Counted from the first letter of the stretch, positions 38,031 through 51,000 are shown. The stretch: 64,000 bases of DNA from Vicugna vicugna (GCA_013265495.1 MU058423.1:4231061-4295060), one strand, 5' to 3'. Numbers and translations: made by a program. Notes: generated by a model not told the origin, from the letters alone.

Positions 38031-41000
38031 AAATACTTACCGGGCCATCAGAATTAACTCACTCCGCTCTTTTCTGATTTCCTTCTATTCTTCAGAGTTT
38101 TTCTATTATATTACCTTCAAAAGTTACCTTACATTACAGTATTCCACAGAGTTCTGTAAACGTTCTCTAAATGACTACAGTCACCAATAAGGGAAAACAC
38201 CCTATCGTAGCCACATCATCCATTCCCTAAACTTCAACGATCACAAACCTCTTTCTGGAACACCAGAGCAGTATTTTCAAATACTTCACTGGACTCTCTA
38301 CCCAGATTCCTACTGAAGCCTTTCCTTCCATGAAATCTGATTGGTTGCCAGGTCCTACTGACGTTGTTATGCTCTGATGGCTTTGTGGAATTTGGAGAGC
38401 TTTTCTAGACTTTCCATTTAAGCATCACAGCTTGGAGTTACTCATGACTCTAGGCAGTTAAGCAATGTTACAGCTCTCCTGGTCTTTGCAGTTCCTTGTT
38501 AACACAGCCACACTGGATCATCCCCTAACCCCACTGCCTTAGAAAGCTTCTCACCTGCGCTTAGTTGATATATGAGAACCTATATAATCTTAGATTTCCT
38601 ATGACATGTGGGACTGAGAGGCCTTGGAGATGCTGAAGGTTCACAGTGAGAAGATGCAAGTGTACCTCCCAGGATCTGTCTACTCCACCAACTCCCAACT
38701 ATTTGGAGTTCCTTAACATGCTGTACTGTTTTTAAACATAGTTTGTCACCTAGAATATCCATTCTGCACAGGCTGCTCGGCATTCTAAGGCACATATTCA
38801 AGGCACCAAGTAAACGTCATCATCATCAAAGCTTTTACTGGGCTACCCAGACTAAATTAATATTTCCTGCTCTGTTACCAGGGCACTTTACACAGTCACA
38901 CAGCAAAAGCACCTAACCCAAGCCGTCATCATCTTCCATTTACATGTCTGGGCCCCTTCTGGACATCAGCTCCTTAAAGGCACTGACTATTGCCTACTGC
39001 ATCTCCAAATATCTACAGCCCAGTGTCTGTTCCAAGGCCGAGGTCAAGTCTGTTTTGGGCAACAGAAAGAAGGAAGGTGTTAAAGAAGCAGAATCTGTTA
39101 AGCAGTAGTGAAGCCCAACTTCAATAATTAGAAGCGATTGGGAAGAATGGACAAATGTCAGGCCGAATGCCTCAAAAGCACCCTGCAGGACGTCTCTCAC
39201 AGGAGAGGGGAAGGGTAAATATTTTGGCGGATTCGTTCAAATTGCAGCTAGGAGAAAGACTGAGAGAACTGACAGGATAACTGTAAGCCTTTTGTAATTG
39301 GCAGACCACTTCCATATTACATTTTCCCAAAGTATTTGAGAAAACTTGAATGCCCAACTGCTTTTACACTTTTAAACTTCCCCAAGCGTCCAGGCTTACC
39401 CACTATCACATGTTTGCGCACTAACCATTTGAAAGCCTTGCTTCAAGAAAGTGAATTTCAGCCTCATTTTGTCCCCATTCGAACAAATACCAAATATTGA
39501 AACGGAGAGGGTTTACAAATCTGATTCCTTCTGAGGGTTAGCGTGCAGGGGACCTCTTCAGCTCCTGTCCCCCTGTGAGAATGGTTCTGTCCCTGGACCG
39601 CTCCAGGTCCTGGGGTTAGGGTGGGGGCCTGTGGTTCTGAGCTGGGGCAACAGAGGAGAAGCCACCTCAATGTGTGTACAAGAGGACGCTCTGTGCTAGT
39701 GCCCTCTGGCCCCTTTCTCAAAGGAAAAGGAGGCATCGAGGGTAAATAGTAACTGACAGCTACTGCCTGTGAGGAGTTTGGGCAGGCGCTGCAGGGGGTA
39801 AGAGATTGAGCAGACACCACTGAGAAAAATCATTGATAATTATGTTTAGGAATATCGTGAAACAGGACAAGTAATGGAGATGAGCATTTGAGTTTCCCAG
39901 GCCACTGAGAAAAGTTCTTACAATTCTGTCCCAAAGTTCTTGAGGTTGAAAAATAATTTCTACTATCTTATATCTGAAACCAGTATCTTGATACTTCGCT
40001 GACAGCATGTCTTACTAATATGTGAGCATATTATCAAAATGTTCACTGGTCTTTCAGGTTTAACAGTTATTAAAATAAATCACACGACTTCCCTTGAAAC
40101 TGTTCACCTCAAAGAAACAATAAATAATGTTGAGCTTATATTCTGTAAAATCTATGCACCTGACAAATACAGTGTTCACTTTTCAAGTGATTTAAATCTA
40201 GAAAGCTGAGACAGAAACAAAACACTCAAAAATCAAAACTTCCAATTGTGCAACTAAGAAAACATTTTGGACATTGTATTTAACAGCCTGTGCATTTAAC
40301 TCTCTGGCTGTATAAAAAGATGTTCAGAACAAACATCTGCTCTTCATTTTTCCTCTCACCCCTCATCTGGGTAGATTTTATTTATGCATTAGACGACCTT
40401 TCTGGCCGTTAGAACCATCTTGCTTCAGCAGTTAATTAACACAAGTACCATTATTTAATACAGTTAATGCTACTTGATACCCTTTAATGTAACTTCCATT
40501 AGTAATATTATTGTAGTATTACCCTGTAAATTAAAGTGAGATCAAGACTAAGAGAACCACTCTTTAATTAAGGTACTGGCACACTGCACTTGTCCATTAC
40601 TCACTAGAGAAAATCATCCTGATGTACTGAAGCAGGACATCCATAAGTCAGAATTAGTCCACGAAGATTATTAGGTTTATTGAACAGTGTTAAGTACCAT
40701 GGAGTCACTGAGATTGCCAACAGCCATGTTTCCCTCTTTTCCTCCATTATCTTATAAATATACAATAAAAGGGAGTAAATGGAAGCAAAATAAGTATGTG
40801 GCAAAAGAGGAATAATATTTTTATGATGCAATGATAGTTGCTGGCACCAGTAAAATAGGTATCAGATGTGCCACATGTTAAGAAGAACATAAATGCTACA
40901 TTAGTTTTATAACAGTCAAAATGTCATTTTTACACTGAATAATAATAGCCCACATAAAGCATAAAGACCGTGTGCACATGTGCACAGGAAGTAGAGAACT

Positions 41001-44000
41001 AGAATTCACAATCAGTTCAAACTAAGACTCTATGCTGTTTTTGTTTCACAGCTTAGTATTTCAAGGTGAAAAAAATCTGTAGTATTGTCTACCCACTATT
41101 CTATGGAAATTTGCCCATTTCTCCAAATAATCATACCTACATTATGGTGGAGGTGGGGGTGGAGTGACAGAAAGAAAAATATCATTATCATGATCAGATA
41201 TAGACAAGTAAAGTTAAGTTAAATAATGCAATCATTTCATAGATGGTGGTGGGGTGAGGGAAGCAAAGACCTCAGCTACGTTTTGTAAAGTTCGTATTTA
41301 TGCTATTCTTGAAAAGAAATCTTTAGCACTTTCTTTTAGAGATCATCCATTAATGTTCAATCTTCCTATAGCTTATTTGTTATATAAGAACAAGACAAAC
41401 CAGAGTTTAACCCAGCTGAACTCTTCAGGAGTGAAATACATATCAGCTTCTATGCTGAAAGGGCTGCGAAGCAGGCAACAGCTCAACAGTTCCCTTTAGT
41501 GGCTCCATCTTCCTTATGTAACTTAAAAGCTGGAGACACGCCCGAGCCATCAGGCCTTGCTTCTTTAGTCCCTCCCCTAAGACTAAAAATACCCCAGCCA
41601 TCTGGTGCCTAGCACAGTAGATGCCAGCGTCAGTTTTGCCCTGAGGAATCTGGACAGAGTTTGGAGGTGACAGAGTGGGACCTTATGGGAGGGGCTCACC
41701 TCTATTGGACCTTTCTCTCCTGCCCAGCTGCTTCGTTACCAGCTTATAGTTGACTGGTGAACAGGAAAAGATAGAGGAGGTGAGTCCCCGAGAAGGGAGG
41801 AGGGCTCCTCCAAAAGCCTCAGAACCCCTGAAATGCAGCTGGAGGACACTAGTAGGATGAGGGATAAAAGAACAGTGATCAGTCTGGTGGGTTCTACATT
41901 TCTGACGTGCCACCTTTAAGAGACAGTGTGTCCGACCCCAATAGAGAGCGCACAGAAATGCCTTTAGCTTTAAAGTGTCCTTTCACACCCTCTTAAATAA
42001 TCAGAGGAAACAAAAATGAATACCTAGTGGCAGAAATAAGCCCCAGCAATGGCTATTTCCCAACCAAAAAGCATCACAAGAGTGCCTTCTTTATAAGTGG
42101 AAAATGATAGTTTTAGGGGAAGTTGGGCTACAGGGGAAGTTCTGGCTTACAGGTTTCCCAAACTGTAAGGTAACTGACTAGGTGATTCTACCTAACATGT
42201 AGATTACACCAGGATACAAATTCAAATCTCAGCTTATTAATTTTGATACCTATTCTTGAAGATTAAAAAGAATACTTGTTACTTTGTTGTGGTACGCTAT
42301 TGTTAATAATACCAGCGTCAACTGTTCCTATATATTGTATGTTCCCAAGAATAAGATACTGGAAACTGATCTTCTGTTGCTAAAATATTCATGAGTATAA
42401 TGGCTGCATTTTACTGTAAATGGCAAACTCATATTTAAGGTATAGCTCCATATCACCTGCTCGCCACACCCTGCTAACACACAAACCCTCGAACCCACAA
42501 GCTTAATATCGTACCAGTGCTTATTTCTCTCAGAAATATGATTTTGCTTTCAAGATATCCTCATCAAACATTGTCAAACCATGGTTAAAAGTTTTTAAAG
42601 AAGCTTCACAGCTAAAGACTCTTGACTGTTCCATGAGAAACATGAAGCTAGAACAGAGCTGAGAATAGGTGGCCATATTCTCCCTACGTACGAGTTCAAT
42701 AAGGTAAAATTCCGAAGCGCGTACCACCACACTGAGGTCATTCCCAGCACTCCAGGTGTCCTCTGTGGCCGTTACTGAACAGCAGGGACCGCTTCTTCCT
42801 TCTAGTGCACAGATGCAACAGCAGTATTATTAAAGAAGGGTTTGAGAGAACTCTCCCAAAGCCCAGGGAGTCTCAACACTCCTCCAGCCTCTGAGGACTA
42901 GGTTACCCTAAGGGTTGCCAGAAGCCAGTAAGCTTAATGAATCCTGCCTTATCTGTTTAGCTTTTACAATTAATTAAACCTACGTGATGTATGCGCTGTT
43001 TATATTCTTATCCTCATGTATTTCGATTTAGCTCTCCTGGCACTATTTAGCATGACTGTTGCCTTGCTGTCCTTTGTTCTTCCATTGTGCCCTATACTCC
43101 ACTCTTACCTTTAGTTTTCCCAGCTCATTATCTCACGCTTCAACTCCCACCAGCTGGCTATTCTGATAGCATGCCACACCTAAAAATCTGGTGTGAAAAT
43201 CTCTCTGTTGGTGGTCCTGCTTCTCATTATTCATCTTTTTCTTTAAACATCTTCAAAATCCTTGGAAACTTGCTCAATTGTGTCTCTGGTGTATTGTCAA
43301 AACAAAGATATGCCTGACTGTGACCATTAATGTGTTTAAACTCTCGTCCATGTGTAATTGAACCACAAAATGAAGGCAGCCCGACTCAGGTTCATATTTC
43401 AAATGACAGCATATCCTTTTAAGACAATAATAGTCAAAAACCTGAAAAGTAGAGCTTACCCCTATTTAATAAGTGCATTGTGTTTCCTAAATGCTTTTGG
43501 TTCTGATTTAATAAATGTAAAGAAATACAACTTTCATTTACAGAACTTTTTTGTGCAACATAACAAAACATAAACACATCATACTGAAACTCTCTCTTGC
43601 ATCCAAAAACAACAGTAAGATGTATTTCTTGTGTTTCAGTCCATTTTATAGAGCAGCTTACTTTGTCTCCCCTGGCTTCACTGTCTTAAAGACTTAAACC
43701 ACTCCCCAGCCAAGGGAGTTCCTTGGTCTCAAGTAAGACACTAAGATGTTTTTTGTTGTTGTTGTTGTTTTTTGGGGTTTTTTTTGCTTTGGTTTAAATC
43801 CAAGAAATCCTGCCAGGCCAGGTTCAGTGACAGCAAGTCTGGGATCACAAATTACTGATGAGTTAGAAGGGTCTCAAATGCCTCAGGACCGACCTCTAGC
43901 CTGGCGTTCCTGAGAAAAAGAGTGCAGGAGAAAGTGACAGATGTCACTCTACAGCTATGGGACCAACACACTGGCCTTTTCTTTGAACACACCCATCCTC

Positions 44001-44021
44001 ATTCAAGCCAGACAGTTGTTT

Positions 44022-44030
44022 TCTTACCTT
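44022..44030 (-). promoter_or_regulatory. 5' splice donor of the NTNG1 exon
   Basis: Minus strand AAG|GTAAGA, near consensus, at the point where the reading frame ends. Confidence 0.92.
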
Positions 44031-44668
44031 CCATGCACCTTTATGTCTGAGATCGCGTAAAAGTAGCGTGCCAGGTGTAGCTCATCTACAAATATTTCCC
44101 CGACCGCTGGTCTCAAAAGCCTTATCCTCAGGTCTGTGACTGTAAAGAAGTCTCTGAGTTTCTTGGTTGTATCCAGCTGTCCGTAGAGGGAAGCCATATT
44201 GCGTAGCCAAGGTCCCGCAAAAAATGCAAACCTGTCTTTGATCTCAAAGTGGATTATTTTGCTATTTGTCATATACCCCGTGGAGTACTCTTCGGTGCAA
44301 ATGATTTCTAAGACCGTATGCTGTGATAAATCCTTCACAGATTTAGGATCCATGTGAAAAGCATCTAAGCAGTCTGTGGCATAATACTGATAGGGCTGCC
44401 ATGTTCGTCCATAGTCAAGAGATTTCTCCAGGATCATTTGGTCTGGACGCCCCGATTCAAAGGTAATAACTATGTTGTCTGTAAGCTCAATAGTTTTGCT
44501 CCAAGACAGAGTGATGTTAACCTGGAGAGGCTTGGGGTACTCCTTCCAAGTAGCAGACTGCCAAAATGTGGAGGGATGTCTTCCTTCAAAATCAAACATC
44601 AGCTCAGGTGGATGTGCCAGCTCTGGGGTACTTGCATCACACTCATTATTGCACATGTAGGGGTTGCC
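44028..44668 (-). CDS. NTNG1: Netrin-G1 internal coding exon (641 bp; laminin N-terminal domain, about residues 83-296)
   Basis: Translation GNPYMCNNECDASTPELAHPPELMFDFEGRHPSTFWQSATWKEYPKPLQVNITLSWSKTIELTDNIVITFESGRPDQMILEKSLDYGRTWQPYQYYATDC...YFYAISDIKVHG(R) is near-identical to mammalian netrin-G1 as I recall it. The minus-strand acceptor ctcttctgttcttcttccatAG|GGC has its AG at 44670-44669 (phase 0). The donor AG|GTAAGA has its GT at 44027-44026 (phase 2). The ATG and TAA in the ORF track are not the true gene ends. Confidence 0.97.
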
Positions 44669-44705
44669 CTATGGAAGAAGAACAGAAGAGGGTGCATCAA
44701 AACAC
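44669..44705 (-). promoter_or_regulatory. 3' splice site: polypyrimidine tract and AG acceptor of the NTNG1 exon
   Basis: Minus strand reads ttttgatgcaccctcttctgttcttcttccatag directly before the in-frame GGC AAC CCC TAC ATG. Confidence 0.9.
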
Positions 44706-46912
44706 CGGTTTGACACAGGTCTTGCCATATTGCTGTTGCTGAGTAGGAGGCTAGGAGAGAAAAAAAAAACAAAACCCTGTTTGCAGTTATCATTTTTATT
44801 TGCCCTAACTGGATTCTCCTCTTTAATAGCTTAAAAAATTTTTTTAAAAAAAGAGGCAATATGGTAATTTTCTTGTCTAGTTTCCTTCCTTGGTCTTTAA
44901 GAAATGAAAACAGTTTATTTATCCCATATGTGTTAGACCCATAATGTGATCCCAGAAGCACAGAGACACCGAGCAACTGTCTAACAGCTCAATCCCTCCG
45001 CGTCCTCTTAGAAAGATGCTATAGAGAAGCAAGGAAATTCCTCCATGCCTCAAGGACGTTCCTCAAGAGCACAGTATTTCAAAAAGCCATTTTTCAGGCA
45101 AAGCTTTAGAATTAGCAGTGAACCGCGGATACCTGTGTCCTGTTTGGGAAACAGTGCTCCCATACAACATTCAGCCTCTTTTTGCTTCACCTCAAATCCA
45201 TCATGCTTAACTGCGTCCCTGCTTCATAAGGCCTGCTTGTAAAGCATTTACTTTGTTCACCACAAATCATTAAAATGTGGTACCCTGCAGGCCCTGGGGC
45301 TCGGTCCAAACATCTGCCATCCCATTAGCTGGAGGCAAGGGGACTGCTTAGGAAGGACTCGCGCGGGGTGTGCTCCAGCTCATCAGGACAGGAAAGGCCA
45401 TCAGAAGGGTTTTGCAGGGAGCCGCGGCCACTGGCTGTGTTACTCTGGGCCGGACCTCGGTCGGCTCTCCCTCGGTATTGGCTGTCATTATTACTACTTT
45501 CCCTCTCACAAAAGGCTAATTCCTTCACATTCCACTTAGACAAGAAGGTGGACGTGTCTCCTTGTCATATCAAATCACAACACGGCTTCTGCGAAACTAA
45601 ATGGCACTCTCAGGTTTCATCTGCAGACTGCCTCCACGGCAAAATAATCAGCTCCTCAACTCTGGTTTAGTTTGTGTTTAAGAAAATAAATGGCACCACT
45701 GGGAGTCAGCTATTCGGGCATTTGTCTGTCATCCTGCACTGGGGACTTAGAGGCACGGGGGGCGAAAGAATCGATCCTCTGACACTGTCCTTGAGCTTTT
45801 CTCCTGTAATTGCGGTTGGATGTTTTTTTTGTTTTGTTTTGTTTTGTTTCCTTTTTCATGAACTGAGAGCTTTCCATCATACCTGCAGGATGCATGAGCT
45901 GGGTCTCAAACAATGAATTTACACTTCAGACATCGACGCTCAGTTACTGACTGACTCCTGTGAAATGTGAGACGAACACTGGAGAACGGCTTCGGCCTCC
46001 CTAGAGGGGGCTTTCTCCTACCTAGTCAGCTACTGCTTCTGCTCTCTCTTTCCCGTTAATGCAGCTGAATCCTAAAACTGGCAACAGGTTTGGGGGACTC
46101 AGGGTAACTGAGATGGGGCAGGAGAAAGGAGAGAAGGTACATTATCTGAGGAACAAACTGTTTTAAATATATATCCAAGGCATCAGTGATAATGAAAATG
46201 TTTCTGCACTTCTGTCTCGAATTTCAATTCCCTGTTCCTGATCCCAGCGTCTGTGGCACTATTTATAGTATCCCCTTCAAAATAAGCCAAAGGGGGGGAA
46301 ATAAGTTTCTGTTCCAGGTGGAATAAATCACCAAATTTATTATTATTTAAACTTTCTTAAGCATACCAGAGAGCCAAATGCATAGCTCTGCAAACTGGCA
46401 AAGGCTTTTTACGGAGGGCTATAAATATTGTGGAATCTGTCAGGGTTTATAAATTCTAAATACATGGAAATGCACATTTTACTGGAAAGGGTCAGATTTA
46501 CACAAATCACACCTTCATTTGAGATTTACTGAAAGAAAATATGGTCACTTCAAAATCTGTCAGCATGTAGCCATCTGCACAATCATTAGCTTAGATGCTA
46601 CCACCTTTCTCCTGACAAAAGTGTCTTCGTATGAGGTCAAGGGTATGGAAATACAAGAAATCAACTCTGTGGGATACTCCAAAGTGAGTTGTCAGACATT
46701 TGTATTAAGTCTTGTTGAAAGACAATATTTCTTTGACTCCTACATAAATACACAGAGCTTCTCAGACAGGGACAGGGTGCTGAGACAAAGAAGGAGGCAC
46801 AGTCGGCTGATTCTGGGTATGGGTCGATGCTAGCAAACCTGTCTTAGAAAATATGCTTGAAGATATCTATTTTCAAAGCATTCATTCCTATATGTGATCA
46901 AAGGTGTTGACA

Positions 46913-47110
46913 ATAACCAGCATTTATTTAGCACTTACAGGTCAGTTCCTTTACATAAACTATCCTGGGCAATCCTTTTCATCCCTTCCTTACAGAGAGG
47001 AAGTGAGGCATAGAGGGGTGGGTGTTAAGTAGCTTGCCCAAGGTCAGATAACAGAGTGAGTAAGAGGCGGAGTCAGAACCTGCTTCTCTCGCACCTGACC
47101 TGGCCCATTC
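46913..47110 (-). mobile_element. MIR SINE
   Basis: agcatttattagcacttac...acagagaggaagtgaggcataga...ttaagtagcttgcccaaggtca. Confidence 0.8.
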
Positions 47111-47169
47111 AACTCCCAAGTCTATGGAGTTCCCTATGATGCAGCCCAGTCTTAGCAACAAGAGTGGGT

Positions 47170-47400
47170 AGAAAGGAAGGACCCAAGACCAGATGAGTTT
47201 GGAAAACACAGTCCAAGGCCTTCTTGCCTTGGAGAGCTCTAATGAGCCTCATCTCACATCTGAGATGCATTGAATTAACAGCCCACCTTAGCTTCATGTA
47301 CTACCTAGTTTCAGAAACTTATTTGACCACTGAACCCCTTTTTGCTTTAGTAACCCCTGTTTATTTACCATACAAGTAGAGTCCTGGAGAGCATCCTTCT
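47170..47400 (+). mobile_element. hAT-Charlie MITE (MER103-like)
   Basis: gagtttggaaaacac...aaacttatttgaccactgaaccccttttt. Confidence 0.6.
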
Positions 47401-47704
47401 AGATCCCCTGCTTTGTGTGACTCTAAGAATTGTAAACATGTGAGTGCCGAACAGCAGGGCACAACCCATAGTTTTAGTCCTTTAATGAAGACATGGCCAC
47501 ATTCAGCACTCAATCTCTGCTTTTGTTCCAGTGGCTACCCTTCCACTTGGGCTGAGAGGACAGCCAGCCCACAACAAATGCTTACACTTAAAAAATTGTC
47601 AGCCATCAAAATGCATGCCAGGAAAAGGGGAAAATTTCATTTCTTTGCACCGATCTGGTGCTTTAGGCACCTGAAAAATGAGAGAAAAGCTTCATGTATT
47701 TGAT

Positions 47705-48010
47705 AATTGTTTATTGATTGCCTACTATATTACTATATTTAAGGCACTTGTCTTGGCTCTCAAGATACAACAGTAAACAAATCCAAGTCCTTGCTTTTAG
47801 CAGAGCCTCCATCTTAGTTAGGGAAGATGTACTAAAGAAACAGATATATAATGACTTATAATCTCACATAATGTTAACTTCTATATAGAAAAATAAAGCC
47901 AATTAAACGGGAGAATGGTATTGGAGACAGGATACTGACTGTAATTTTATATTGAGAGGTCAGAGAAAGTCTCTCCTTGATAACATGACATTTGAGCAGA
48001 TTAAGAACAA
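47705..48010 (-). mobile_element. L2 fragment
   Basis: tttattgattgcctactata...gatacaacagtaaacaa...ggtcagagaaagtctctc...tgacatttgagcaga. Confidence 0.8.
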
Positions 48011-51000
48011 TTCCCAATTTACACAGGAGATAATCAGAGGTTGACCAAAATGGTAGTTTCATCCTTCATCTGACTCTACTCCTAGTGATAATTTCAGCAG
48101 CATAACCATTTATTGAAATTGATGGATAAACAAATCTTTTCAAATGAGAATCTATAGCAAATGATTGTAGACACAAACCAAACAAACAAACAAACAAACA
48201 AAACTTGAACTGTTCTTGTTTCATAGCATCCATGCTCTTTTAGGAGATTCATGATTTGATGGCCATATAACTTACTGGAGATAATGACATTGAGAGAAAA
48301 TTAGCAGAGAAAAAAAAATTCTTTCTGGTCCACTGAGAAGAAACCCTGCATGTAAGGTGAGAAAGACAAAGAAAGCCAAAGAAGCTGAAAGTCTTACCAT
48401 TCTAGAAACTCTGGAGGGGAGATTACACGTGGGTGTGATCTGTAGTACTGTTGTTAAAGAGAATTATCAGTATGAAAACAATTGCTCTTAAAGGGATTAG
48501 ATTAATTAAAATTTCAACTACTTCTACCACATCCTAATCCTCTCTAATACCATCAACAATAAAATTCATATTAAGAAAAATAACCTCTCCCTACTTGTGA
48601 AAGCAAAGAACGCTTCTTGCTGCTGAATCTGACAGAAAAAGGCATTAGCAAGTGTAAGTAATTATTTTGTGGCCAGCAGGCAGCCTTAAATAGATCTTAA
48701 TTTAAGTCCTACAAGCAATAGATCCTTAGCTGATTGTCTATGGACAAAGCAGAAAATATTTATGATTGTGCTGATACTATTTACACCATTAAGAGATGCC
48801 TAAATAATTAAACAGATATTGCTGCTAAATATATTTATAATAATTAGAAGAAGATTGGGATGCCTAATTTTATTTAAAAATAATGTTAATATTTTACCTC
48901 TGGGAGAATTGAAGTTAGTTATTAATTAGCACTTTGTAGCCAAAGTGGAATGTTGTTATTCTTCTTTTAATGTGCTTTCAGAACTTAGAGGGATAATTAA
49001 AATTTTAGACATGATTTTATTGATTCTATTGATGGAAGAGCCTTCCTTATGGTGATACTTTGAAAAGAACATCCTTTTCACCTAAGATCCGCTAGACCCT
49101 TCAGAGTTAAAAAAGAAAATCCTACGTAAGCAGTATTTAATGTCACACTTGTGTTTCCTCCCATTTTGAACTTGCCTTTCCAAGCTTCACCCATTGGCAA
49201 ACTATTGGGAATGACAGTTGGAGCTGCAGGGAATTCTCACAGGAGATTTGTTACTGAGCTGTAAGTTACATGCCAAGCAGACATGTACTTACAAGCGGCT
49301 GTGAGAAGCATTTGGGTTAACACTTCCACAGATTGTGAAAAACACTGAGACAGAGCTGCCTCGCACCCATCTGCATCTGGCTCGTCCTTGCTTGTTTCAT
49401 CGGTAAGTGGCAGTAAAGAAAGGACACAAAGGCAAGGCGACCAGAAACTGCATCCTGGGACAGCACTCCCAGTCTGCTCCCACTGTGACTTTGAAGTAGA
49501 CATCGCTATGGCTTTGCCGATGCAAGGCTTTCAAAGGGATAAGAAGCTGATAGCGCAGCCCACTGCTTGTCTGAGAGAGATGACCATGAGCTCCAGGCTG
49601 TAGCTGCTAGGCGGGGCTGTCCCCTTCAGGAGATGGCTTCCTTTTCTCCTCCTTCAATACAGCTCCTTCGGAGCCAACCAAGCAGAAGAGCCCCTGGGAG
49701 CCTGGCGACTGACCTCTCAATACCAGAGGGATAATTTCGGGTTGGAGGGACTCCCACTCCCAGCTCCTTCTTAGAACTTCTTGGTCACGTCTCCTTGCCC
49801 CAAGTCCTTCTGCTTCTGGATTCTTGCTTGGCTACAATACAGGGGAAGGTCCCCTCCTTCAAGACTTTTCTGAAGAATTCAGACAACCCCAAGCGTGGAA
49901 GCCGACGTTTAATCAGTCATGCCGAGGTGCCCCCTTCAGGCCTTACGGCTTTGTTACTGACATTCGGGAGAAATCAGAACCAGAGGTAAGTACAACCCAA
50001 GACAGTGGACACCCTTTCCAGAAATCTGAGAGATAAATGTCAGCGCCACCAGCACTGACAGGCCTTGCTGACCACCGCTATGGGGACAGACTCCACGTGT
50101 CCTCAGATGAGAAAGGCCCGCAGGGCAGTGTGTTTCCAGCTGTCCACTGTCCCTTTGGACATAAAGGGCAGCAATGTCTTCAGATGGCAATGCCATCTCA
50201 CTTTGTAGCCTGCCCTATTAACTGGCACCTTGGGTCTCAAGGTGGGGCATGCACATAATAACAGTATAGCCTGAATATCATGGAACTGTCCCAACTGAAA
50301 TATCCTGAAACTGCTGTTACAAAAGCACCTGTGTGTTTGTCGAGAGAACGCATCCCAAATTTTAGTTTGGGAAGTATGGCCACTCTAAGCATGACAGAGG
50401 AAAAAGAATTTTGTTTTTGTAACTCTGAAGTTAAAAACCGACTACTCCATTTTCTAATGGAGCCCCTTGCTCATCACAAAGATTCCTCCCTGCTTGTTCC
50501 CATCTGCTCGCTGACAATACTAACTGCGTGTGGATTTTTTTTACTCAGGAATAAAGACAGGAGGGCTTAACCTTTCCACAACAAGAATGCAGGAAGCCGC
50601 ATCACAGATTATGGGCCATAACAGACACCTGTGCAAACCCCCACAGAGGATTATGGCTAGGATTTTCAAACTGGTGAAGGCCACAGAGGTCAAGAAGACC
50701 AAGTTTCTAGGAAGGAGCCAATAAAATTCTCAGGCCACAAGCCACTGAAATGGATTCCTATACAGCAACCTAAGTCATTATTTTGCACGAACTGAAGAAG
50801 AAATATTCACAGAATCGAGTGGGTTCAAAAGTGACTACCTACATAAAAACACCACAGTGAGCTGACACTACTGTAACTGGTAGAGCAATTGCTTTTTAAA
50901 TTTTGTTTTCTTAAAAAATATCATTTAAAAATCTTTGGCACACACAAAAATTTTTTTTTAATCTTTGGTACAGTCTTTTGTCTTACAGGCTCAAAATAGG

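Larger units (their letters stand above)
1..44027 (-). other. NTNG1: NTNG1 intron downstream of the LamNT exon (partial; next exon not seen in window)
   Basis: No CKCNLHA-type laminin-EGF exon appears in the ORF track or on reading. The sequence is repeat-rich and non-coding, and NTNG1 has very large introns. Confidence 0.75.

Noticed and set aside
44024..44656. 210-aa ORF treated as a complete single-exon gene or retrocopy
   Set aside because: It is bounded by canonical splice sites, netrin-G1 similarity extends upstream of the ATG (GNPY), and the stop is part of the GTAAG donor. It is an internal exon.
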